A stretch of 64,000 nt of DNA from Bryobacteraceae bacterium (GTDB lineage: Bacteria > Acidobacteriota > Terriglobia > Bryobacterales > Bryobacteraceae): contig JANRJS010000022.1 of the NCBI GenBank assembly GCA_033763835.1, positions 37,108-101,107 on the forward strand, given 5' to 3'. Numbering within the stretch: position 1 is the stretch's first letter; each line of letters starts with the position of its first letter. Below are positions 1 through 8,547 of this stretch, in pieces. The notes under the pieces were generated by a model that was not told the DNA's origin, did no database searches, and saw nothing but the letters and a program-made list of their open reading frames with translations. A program made the translations under genes and the position numbers.

Positions 1-1
1 C

Positions 2-1048
<1,047 letters not shown>

Positions 1049-2299
1049 ATGCATATCGACGCCGCCGAAAACGTTCGCGTTGCGATGGACGCCGTGTGGG
1101 CGCACAAGTTCCGTTCGCTGCTCACCGTGCTGGGAATCGTGATCGGCATTACTACCGTAGTCACCGTGTCGAGCCTGCTTACCGGATTGCGCAACGGGGT
1201 TGTCGTCTTTTTCCAGGAGTTCGGTCCGGACAATATCTTCGTCAAGCGGTTCTCCGGCGACCCCGGTTCGCAGGGGACGCCGAAGGAGCAAAAGCGCAAG
1301 CCGATCCGCCCGGAGGACGCCGACATGGTGATGCGGACGGCGCGTTCGGTAGAGGGGGCGTCGGTGGAATACTTCCCGCCCTCCGCGCCGGGCGGCAAGC
1401 CGATCACCGCCAAAGTGCCCGGCTTCGAAACGGACAACGTCAATCTCATCGGGCGTACTTGGACCGCCGCCACGATTTCCCCTCGCGAATACCGCGAAGG
1501 CCGCTTCTTCACGCAGGACGAGGAATCGCGAGGCGCACGCGTCGCCGTGATCGGAGCTTTGTTCGCCGAGGCGTTATTCCCCGACGGCGCGGCGACCGGA
1601 CGAACGTTCCTTCTCGACGGCGCGGAGTACGTCGTGATCGGGGTCTTCGACAAGGCCAAAGGCGGATTTTTCGGGGAGAACGGGCTGGACCGTCAAGTGA
1701 CGGTTCCGCTCACCACCGCCCGGTTGCGCTACCCCCAAGGCGACCGCTTCCTGATTACGTTTAAGGCGCGGGAGGGGCAACGGGAGGACGCCATCGAGGA
1801 GATTCGCGAAGCGCTCCGCCGCCATCGCCGCACTCCGCCCGGCACTCCCGACGACTTCGACCTTTCGACCGCCGATCAGATCATTCAGCAGTTCGACCAG
1901 ATCACCGGCATTATCGTCCTGGTCTCGATCGCCGTCTCGGGCCTGGGATTGCTTGTCGGCGGCATCGGCGTAATGAACATCATGCTGGTCTCCGTAACGG
2001 AGCGCACCCGCGAGATTGGGTTGCGCAAAGCCGTCGGCGCGCGGCGGCCCGACATCGTGTTTCAGTTCTTAATGGAAGCGGTGGCGTTGTCGGCGGCGGG
2101 TGGCGTGATGGGCATCGTCTTCTCGATCGCCGTTACGAATCTGGTGAGCGCGCTGGTGCCCTCGCTGCCTTCCGACACTCCAAGTTGGGCGATCGTCGCG
2201 GGCTTCTCCGTGTCCGTCGCCGTGGGCGTGTTTTTCGGAGTTTGGCCCGCCACCAAAGCCGCGCGCTTGGACCCCGTGGAAGCGCTTCGCCACGAATAG
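1049..2299 (+). CDS. ABC transporter permease, MacB/FtsX family
   Basis: 416 aa. N-terminal TM, periplasmic MacB_PCD-like middle, C-terminal FtsX block VMNIMLVSVTERTREIGLRKAVGARRPDIV with 3 further TM segments. ATG directly follows the previous stop. Confidence 0.9.
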   Translation: MHIDAAENVRVAMDAVWAHKFRSLLTVLGIVIGITTVVTVSSLLTGLRNGVVVFFQEFGPDNIFVKRFSGDPGSQGTPKEQKRKPIRPEDADMVMRTARSVEGASVEYFPPSAPGGKPITAKVPGFETDNVNLIGRTWTAATISPREYREGRFFTQDEESRGARVAVIGALFAEALFPDGAATGRTFLLDGAEYVVIGVFDKAKGGFFGENGLDRQVTVPLTTARLRYPQGDRFLITFKAREGQREDAIEEIREALRRHRRTPPGTPDDFDLSTADQIIQQFDQITGIIVLVSIAVSGLGLLVGGIGVMNIMLVSVTERTREIGLRKAVGARRPDIVFQFLMEAVALSAAGGVMGIVFSIAVTNLVSALVPSLPSDTPSWAIVAGFSVSVAVGVFFGVWPATKAARLDPVEALRHE

Positions 2300-2320
2300 C
2301 CCGCATGTTACACAAGTAAG

Positions 2321-2881
2321 GTGGAACGCAACGAAGCGGGCGAATACGAACTGGTACTGGGCAATCGCCAACTGCTCAGTATTTTCTTCCTGGTGGTGGT
2401 TTTACTAGGCGTAGGATTCGCGCTGGGATTCCTGTTGGGGCGCAATAGCGCTGTCGCCGCCGCCCCCGTCACCGCCGCCGAGCCGGTGAAGAAATCGGAA
2501 CCTTCGGCGCTTAAGATCGACCCACCCGAAACGGTAAAACCCGAAGCGGCGCCCGCCTCCGCCGGAACGAAAAAAGCCGAACCCTCGCCCGAGCCCGAGA
2601 AACCTTCGTCCAATGAGACATCCGGTGCATCGTTTAAATCGGGAGTGCCGCCCGCCGGCAGTCTCTTCGTTCAGGTGGCGGCGGGGAACAAAGCCGATGC
2701 GGAAATGGAAGCGAAATCCCTGAACAAGCGGGGGTACGCCACGTGGGTCGCGCCGGACGAGAAAGGCGAGAAGTGGCGCGTTCTTGTTGGCCCGCTCGAA
2801 AACAACGCGGAGTTCGCCAAGACCCGTGCGGCGCTCCAAGAATTGGGCTTCAAGGGGCCGATCCGTAGGGAATACAAGTAG
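2321..2881 (+). CDS. SPOR domain-containing membrane protein
   Basis: N-terminal TM (LLSIFFLVVVLLGVGFALGFLL), Pro/Ala/Glu-rich linker, C-terminal SPOR-like block (FVQVAAGNKADAEMEAKSLNKRGYATWVAP...WRVLVGPL). Confidence 0.75.
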   Translation: MERNEAGEYELVLGNRQLLSIFFLVVVLLGVGFALGFLLGRNSAVAAAPVTAAEPVKKSEPSALKIDPPETVKPEAAPASAGTKKAEPSPEPEKPSSNETSGASFKSGVPPAGSLFVQVAAGNKADAEMEAKSLNKRGYATWVAPDEKGEKWRVLVGPLENNAEFAKTRAALQELGFKGPIRREYK

Positions 2882-2882
2882 C

Positions 2883-3782
2883 TTGCCCGAACTCGTTCAA
2901 ATCGGCTCGCCGGGTCCTCGTTTGCCCGAGTTTCTACGCAAGGGGGCGACTCATTTCGAATCGCTGACCGCGCTCAAGCGCGATTTGCGAGCACACGATC
3001 TGCACACCGTTTGCGAATCGGCCCGCTGCCCTAACATCCACGAGTGCTTCCATCGCGGCGCGGCGACCTTCATGATTCTCGGCAATCTCTGCACTCGCGG
3101 TTGCACGTTCTGCAGCGTTCCGAAGTTCAACCCGCGCAAGCAAGACTCGCCGCTCGATCCGGACGAACCGGCGAATGTCGCACGCATGGCGGCGAAGATG
3201 AACTTGCGCTACGTGGTCATCACCAGCGTAAATCGCGACGATCTCGCAGACGGCGGGTCTACGCACTTTGCGCAAACGGTGCGGGAGGTGCGCGCGGCGC
3301 TGCCCAACGCACACGTCGAGGTTCTGACTCCCGATTTCGACGGCAACTTGGATGCTGTCGCCCGCGTGCTCGACGCCGGTCCGCACGTGTTCAACCACAA
3401 CATGGAGACGATCGCGAGGCTCTATCGTTCGGTGCGCCCACAAGCGAATTACCGGCAATCGCTCGACGTACTGCGATTCGCGAAGCGCTACCGTCCGGAC
3501 GCGCTGACGAAATCTGGACTCATGGTGGGCCTCGGTGAAAAGCACGAAGAAGTGCGGACGCTGCTCGACGATCTGCGCACGGTCGAGACGGACATCGCGA
3601 CGATCGGGCAGTATCTGCAACCCACGCGGCGCAATCGCCGAGCGTCGCGCCATGTGCCGCCCGAAGAGTACGAACGCTGGCGCGACTTTGGACTGTCGAT
3701 CGGTTTCCGCGACGTCTTTGCCGGGCCCTTCGTGAGGTCGTCCTACATGGCAGACCTGGTGCACGACTCGGCGCAGACGTGA
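2883..3782 (+). CDS. lipA: lipoyl synthase
   Basis: Cys motifs CESARCPNIHEC and radical-SAM CTRGCTFCSV. The track start at 2784 overlaps the SPOR gene. In-frame TTG at 2883, just after the SPOR stop, gives ~300 aa. The exact start is uncertain. Confidence 0.9.
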   Translation: MPELVQIGSPGPRLPEFLRKGATHFESLTALKRDLRAHDLHTVCESARCPNIHECFHRGAATFMILGNLCTRGCTFCSVPKFNPRKQDSPLDPDEPANVARMAAKMNLRYVVITSVNRDDLADGGSTHFAQTVREVRAALPNAHVEVLTPDFDGNLDAVARVLDAGPHVFNHNMETIARLYRSVRPQANYRQSLDVLRFAKRYRPDALTKSGLMVGLGEKHEEVRTLLDDLRTVETDIATIGQYLQPTRRNRRASRHVPPEEYERWRDFGLSIGFRDVFAGPFVRSSYMADLVHDSAQT

Positions 3783-5236
3783 TCAACGTATTGCTCGCCT
3801 TGGCATCGGGCGCAATGCTGGTGGCGCTGTTCCCCGATTTCGGTATCGAGCTTCTCGCGCCCTTCGCACTGACACCGCTGCTAATTGCGCTGACTCGGGA
3901 ACGGCGCCCGCTACGGCTCTTCTTGCTCGGCGAGTTGACGGGCTTCGTTTTCTGGATCGGCGTTTGCTACTGGATTCGTCCGACGCTCGCCGCGTATGGC
4001 GGACTCAATGTCCCGTTAAGCTGGCTGGCCCTGATTCTGTTCGCCCTTATTAAGGCGTTGCACACGGCCGTGTTCGCGTGGCTCGCCGGATACGCAATCG
4101 TGCGTTGGTGGGCCGTTCCGGCGGTCGCGCTGCTGTGGGCGGGAATCGAACGGTTGCACGGTCCCCTAGGATTCGCGTGGTTGACGCTCGGCAACGCGGG
4201 GATCGACATGGGGATTGTCGCGCGCCTTGCGCCCTACACCGGCGTCTACGGACTCTCGTTCGCGTTCGCCGCGATGAGCGCGAGTCTCGCGCTACTGCTG
4301 ACGCGCCGTCCAAGGACGCATTTCGCGTGGCTGCTCGCTTTCCCCGCGCTCTATCTGTTGCCCGAGTTACCGAAGCAGATTCCCGGGGAGCAGCAGGCCG
4401 TCGCCCTGCAACCGAACTTGCGGGAGGATACACCGGGCGACGTATCGCGCATGGCCAATCGCAGCCTGCTTGCCGCGTCCCCAGCGGCGAATGGACGCCG
4501 CGCGAACTTGATCGTCTGGCCCGAGATGCCGGCCGGATTCTACTGGGGCCGCGACTCCCGACTGCGCGAAGTCGCCTCTACGCTCGCGCGTCTATCCGAA
4601 GCTCCTGTCGTCCTCGGAGCGGTCACCGATCATCCGTCGGGTGGCGTGCTCAATAGCGCCGTCGTTCTCGACCAAGAGGGAGTCGAGAAAGGCCGCTACT
4701 CGAAGACGTATCTCGTCCCCTTCGGCGAGTTCGTGCCTCCGCTCTTCGGATGGATCGACAAGATCTCGACCGAAGCGGGAGACTTCGTACCCGGTCCAGG
4801 CCCCACGGTGGCGCCCGCCGCTTCGCTGCGCATCGGAACGTTCATCTGCTACGAAGCAGCCTTTCCGCATTTGGTACGGCAGTTCCCCGCCCTGGGCGCG
4901 AACTTGCTGGTCAATATCTCGAACGACGGTTGGTTCTTCCGTACCGCCGCTCGGGAGCAGCATCGCCTACTCGCGCGAATGCGCGCCATCGAGAACCGCC
5001 GCTGGATTCTTCGCGTCACGAACGACGGATTTTCGAGCGCTATCGATCCGGCGGGCCGCATCGCGGCTCAACTGCCGCCCTACATCGAGACGGCCGGTCG
5101 ATTTCGATTTTCGACGGTCAGCGAGACGACGTTCTACTCACAACATGGCGATTGGTTCGCTTGGATCGCGCTGGCCGCCGGGCTCGCGCTAGCGTTCCTC
5201 AGCCATGCCTTACCACAATCACATCGCCGTCCTTAA
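3779..5236 (+). CDS. lnt: apolipoprotein N-acyltransferase
   Basis: Multi-TM N-terminal half plus C-terminal CN-hydrolase domain (LIVWPE..., FICYEAAFP, NISNDGWF). GTGA start/stop overlap with lipA. Confidence 0.9.
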   Translation: MINVLLALASGAMLVALFPDFGIELLAPFALTPLLIALTRERRPLRLFLLGELTGFVFWIGVCYWIRPTLAAYGGLNVPLSWLALILFALIKALHTAVFAWLAGYAIVRWWAVPAVALLWAGIERLHGPLGFAWLTLGNAGIDMGIVARLAPYTGVYGLSFAFAAMSASLALLLTRRPRTHFAWLLAFPALYLLPELPKQIPGEQQAVALQPNLREDTPGDVSRMANRSLLAASPAANGRRANLIVWPEMPAGFYWGRDSRLREVASTLARLSEAPVVLGAVTDHPSGGVLNSAVVLDQEGVEKGRYSKTYLVPFGEFVPPLFGWIDKISTEAGDFVPGPGPTVAPAASLRIGTFICYEAAFPHLVRQFPALGANLLVNISNDGWFFRTAAREQHRLLARMRAIENRRWILRVTNDGFSSAIDPAGRIAAQLPPYIETAGRFRFSTVSETTFYSQHGDWFAWIALAAGLALAFLSHALPQSHRRP

Positions 5237-6272
5237 CGATGTAATCTTTGCCTTCCAGTCGAAGTAAACCCTTTTCACGAACGCCAGGATAGCCGCCGAG
5301 ATCGACCAGATTTTTCCAATTCACTACCTCGGCACGAATGAACTTTTTTTCGAGGTCGGTGTGGATCGCGCCCGCCGCGTTTTGCGCGCGGCAATTTACC
5401 GGAATCGTCCAGGCGCGCACTTCGGTCTCACCGGCGGTCAGAAACGACATCAGCCCCTGCAGCGTGTAGGTAGCGGCGATCAATCGTTCGAGCCCCGATT
5501 CTTTCAGCCCGTAGGAACTCAGTAGCTCCGCCGATTCTTCCGCGCCGAGTTCCGCAAGTTCCGCCTCGATCTTGCCGCAAACCGCCGTCACCGCGGTGTT
5601 CTTGCGCGTCCCGAGCGGACCGCTCCTGAACTTTTCCTCTACTTCGTGTAATCGCGGAGCGTCTTCCTCGCCCGCGTTCATGACGTACAGCATCGATTTC
5701 TGGGATAGAAACTGAAAGCCGCGCAGGCGTTTTTCGCCCTCGGCGTCGAGTTCCAGTTCGCGCAGCGGGCGGTTGTCTTCGAGCAGCGCCTTGGCTTGTT
5801 CGAGGAGTTCGAACTCCTTATCGAGTTCGGCGGTCTTAAGTTTCTTGCGATCCTTCTCGACGCGCTCCATGCGTTTCTCGACCACCACCAGATCGCTTAA
5901 GATCAGTTCGGTCTCGACGTCGTCGGCGTCGCGCAGCGGATCGACCGAGCCCTTCTCGTGCGGCACCGTGTCGCTCTCGAACACGCGTAGTACGTGCATC
6001 AGCGAATCCGCCGTCCGCAATCCGCCTAAGTAACTCGCGTTCGCGAGCGCCTCTTTCGAGATCGAAGGATAGTCGAGATACTCGACCGTCGCGTAGGTAA
6101 CCTTGGGCGGTTCGAAAATCTTGGCGAGCGCTTCCAGGCGCGCATCCGGCACCTTTGTCACGCCCATGCGCGCCTCCATCTGCCCCATCCGCGTTTCTTC
6201 GTGCACGCCGGTCAGGATGGTGAACAGCGAGGTCTTTCCGGTCATCGGAAGCCCGATGATTGCAGTTTTCAT
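5199..6272 (-). CDS. ychF: redox-regulated ATPase YchF (Obg-family, ribosome-binding)
   Basis: P-loop IIGLPMTGKTSLF, central coiled-coil insertion, C-terminal YchF/TGS-like block (AWTIP...AAGAIHTDLEKKFIRAEV...KDYIVKDGDVI). Confidence 0.9.
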   Translation of the reverse strand: MKTAIIGLPMTGKTSLFTILTGVHEETRMGQMEARMGVTKVPDARLEALAKIFEPPKVTYATVEYLDYPSISKEALANASYLGGLRTADSLMHVLRVFESDTVPHEKGSVDPLRDADDVETELILSDLVVVEKRMERVEKDRKKLKTAELDKEFELLEQAKALLEDNRPLRELELDAEGEKRLRGFQFLSQKSMLYVMNAGEEDAPRLHEVEEKFRSGPLGTRKNTAVTAVCGKIEAELAELGAEESAELLSSYGLKESGLERLIAATYTLQGLMSFLTAGETEVRAWTIPVNCRAQNAAGAIHTDLEKKFIRAEVVNWKNLVDLGGYPGVREKGLLRLEGKDYIVKDGDVIVVRHG

Positions 6273-6280
6273 TTAGTGAA

Positions 6281-6868
6281 TCACTTTTGACCGGAGGGAA
6301 GCGCCTGTCCCTGAAATCCTGTATTGATTTCTAATGTAGGCTCCGATTCAAGCTTTTCGACAATTAATTGGCAAATTCGGGTCTTATTTGGAACCAACCT
6401 AAGGTGAAACGGGCTAAAGTTAATCATCTCAAGAGTGATCTTGCCTTCGAATCCGGCATGTATAGTTGGAGCCGTGAGGTGCACAATGATACCGATTCGG
6501 GCAAGTGAACTCCGGCCTTCCACTCTGGCGGCAAGCTTTGAGTCACGCCGTAGATGAACACGTTCTCGGGTAATTGCCAACAAATGCGACGGTCGGTCGC
6601 GAAATGGAGGAAAAACCACTGAACCGTCGGCTTCTCTTTCTCGCTTCACCAAGAAGCTTTTTGCGGTAGAAGCGAACTCTTGTTCGGACAAGTCGAGATG
6701 CGGCGTAAATCCTTTTGTGGTGAGACGGGTATCATCCCATGAATAGAACTCGTCGCCGAGGAATAGATCTATCGCAGATGTTGTGTACTGAGTGGCGTCC
6801 GGCGTAGGCGAGATTGTAAGATGACCTTGATCAAGGGCATTCTTAATGCCGTCATTGCTCAATATCAT
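6281..6868 (-). CDS. dcd: dCTP deaminase family protein (dUTPase fold), located in the low-GC islet
   Basis: 195 aa with full-length Dcd pattern: MILSNDGI...TSAIDLFLG...EGRSSLARIGIIVH...GFEGKITLEMIN...ICQL...FQGQ. Catalytic Ser/Arg (RSSLAR) and Glu (TLEM) motifs are present. Hand-counted GC of three 60-nt lines is 40-47 %. Confidence 0.85.
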   Translation of the reverse strand: MILSNDGIKNALDQGHLTISPTPDATQYTTSAIDLFLGDEFYSWDDTRLTTKGFTPHLDLSEQEFASTAKSFLVKREREADGSVVFPPFRDRPSHLLAITRERVHLRRDSKLAARVEGRSSLARIGIIVHLTAPTIHAGFEGKITLEMINFSPFHLRLVPNKTRICQLIVEKLESEPTLEINTGFQGQALPSGQK

Positions 6869-7136
6869 TGGCTTCGGCTAAGTCCGATCTACGTACCCAA
6901 GCACGAAGACCGCCAACGACTGGCTCTCCCGGCAACTCAACAAGAGCGGCATCGTTTCTCTCTTCCACCAAATACGCTAGCATTTTGCCTTCTACGGCGT
7001 GGCCGTTAACAGGTGAGCTTGCGAATCGTATTTGGGATCGATCCGCGTAAACAGATGAAGTCCCCACGGAGACATAGAATTCGTCTTCGAAGATCCCTCG
7101 TGAGATATTGCATGGAACGTACACAGGATTAGCCAT
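6852..7136 (-). CDS. hypothetical 94-aa protein, no family recognised
   Basis: ATG preceded by AAGGAG with a 6-nt spacer. Its 3' end overlaps the dcd start by 17 nt (translational coupling). Low GC like dcd. Confidence 0.7.
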   Translation of the reverse strand: MANPVYVPCNISRGIFEDEFYVSVGTSSVYADRSQIRFASSPVNGHAVEGKMLAYLVEERNDAALVELPGEPVVGGLRAWVRRSDLAEANDIEQ

Positions 7137-7174
7137 AATTTCTCCTTTGAAAGAGATCTTTATGACTTTATAGT

Positions 7175-7260
7175 CCGTCTATCTTTCCGCTCTCTAATTC
7201 GAATCACCTGCAGACGATGACCACAGTAAAGTGAATTAGAGAGCGGAAAGATAGACGGAG
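7175..7260. repeat. perfect 27-bp inverted repeat (arms 7175-7201 and 7234-7260) with a 32-nt spacer
   Basis: Arm tccgtctatctttccgctctctaattc is the exact reverse complement of gaattagagagcggaaagatagacgga. It ends 38 nt upstream of the 94-aa gene start codon. No U/T tract follows on either strand. Confidence 0.95.
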
Positions 7261-7573
7261 AGCTTACCCGTCGCTCTTCGTCAGTTTGTTCAACTGAGTG
7301 TCTTTCGGTCTGACACCAACCTGCACGGATTGCGCTAAACCTGGATTAGTAGCATTGAGTTGTAGCTACCGGGCCTAAGGAACTTTAGCGACCCTCAATG
7401 CAAGCGGTTTCCGGGTATTCCCTTCGAATCGTGCCCTTCCGAGCACTATCTTCCCCTCGCATCCCTAAACGTGCTGGGCCTTTACGTCCCGCCTTCCGTT
7501 TCCGGCAGGCTGACAAATAGTACTACGGATAGTGGCTCATCGTCAATACCGTCAATATTTGGTATCCATTCCA

Positions 7574-8521
7574 CTAAAGAGGCACTTCCACCGTCGTCAA
7601 GATCGAAGCGATCACGCGCCCGGCCGCCGATACGCCGCGCTGATTCAGACTGGTACGCGAATTCACCATCACGCGGTGAGCGCACACCGGAATCGCTACG
7701 CGCTTGACGTCGTCGGGAGTCGCGTAGTCGCGCCCCGAAAGGAACGCAATGGCTTGCGCCGCGCGATAGAGCGCCTGCGATCCGCGGGGACTTACGCCAA
7801 GCGTCAATCCTTCGTGCGATCGGGTTGCCGCGACAATGGCCAGCATGTAATCCACCAGCGCGTCGGCGACCATAACGCGCGAAACTTCTCCCGAGAGCGC
7901 GAGCGCCTCCTCCTTCGAGAGCACCGGACCGGTATCGCGCACCGTCTCGCGCTCCGTCTGCCGTACGATCTCGCGCTCGCTCTCGACCCCCGGGTAGCCG
8001 ATCTCGATCCGCATCAGGAAGCGGTCGAGCTGCGATTCCGGCAGCGGGTAGGTGCCGTGGTGCTCCGCCGGATTCTGGGTGGCGATCACCATGAACGGTT
8101 TCTCGAGCGGATACGTTCGCCCATCGACGGTCACCTGCGCCTCATTCATCGCTTCGAGTAGCGCCGATTGCGTCTTCGGGGTTGCGCGGTTGATCTCGTC
8201 GGCCAACAGCACGTTCGCGAAAATCGGGCCGCGCTTGAACTCGAATTCGCGCGACGCCGCGTCGAAAATCGTCACGCCGAGGATGTCCGAGGGCAGCATG
8301 TCGGCGGTGCACTGCACGCGCTGAAACGTCCCATCGACGGCCCGCGCCAGCGCCTGAGCGAGCGTCGTCTTGCCCACGCCCGGCACGTCCTCAATCAGCA
8401 GATGCCCGCCCGCCAGCAGGCACGCCGAGGCTAGCTCGACCGCTTCGGGCTTGCCGCGTATGAACCGGGCCACCGCCGCTTCGAGCGCCGCCGCACCGGT
8501 TTCCCGAGCCCGTTCGCGCAT
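7574..8521 (-). CDS. MoxR-family AAA+ ATPase
   Basis: Walker A EDVPGVGKTT, Walker B LLADEINRATPKTQSALLEAM, ATQNP sensor block, ~316 aa from the internal ATG at 8521. The track's upstream extension to 8665 overlaps the preceding gene. Confidence 0.9.
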   Translation of the reverse strand: MRERARETGAAALEAAVARFIRGKPEAVELASACLLAGGHLLIEDVPGVGKTTLAQALARAVDGTFQRVQCTADMLPSDILGVTIFDAASREFEFKRGPIFANVLLADEINRATPKTQSALLEAMNEAQVTVDGRTYPLEKPFMVIATQNPAEHHGTYPLPESQLDRFLMRIEIGYPGVESEREIVRQTERETVRDTGPVLSKEEALALSGEVSRVMVADALVDYMLAIVAATRSHEGLTLGVSPRGSQALYRAAQAIAFLSGRDYATPDDVKRVAIPVCAHRVMVNSRTSLNQRGVSAAGRVIASILTTVEVPL

Positions 8522-8547
8522 CGTTAGCGCCAATGTAGCATCCGCCG

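Noticed and set aside
5199-5236. 38-bp convergent overlap of the lnt and ychF 3' ends as a regulatory antisense feature
   Set aside because: It is probably just a poorly conserved Lnt C-terminal tail in a compact genome. Nothing structural was seen.
7175-7260. Interpretations of the 27-bp inverted repeat as an integron attC site, retron msr/msd, a MITE or an intrinsic terminator
   Set aside because: It has no RYYYAAC/GTTRRRY core sites and no extrahelical bases (not attC). There is no reverse transcriptase gene nearby (not a retron). I found no target-site duplication flanking the arms and no second copy in the window (a MITE is unproven). No U-tract follows on either strand (not a canonical terminator).
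7471-7707. Track ORFs 7471-7707 (+) and 7482-7685 (-) in the islet/MoxR junction
   Set aside because: They have no RBS and no similarity. They are mostly overlap with the MoxR 3' end, with composition-driven open frames.
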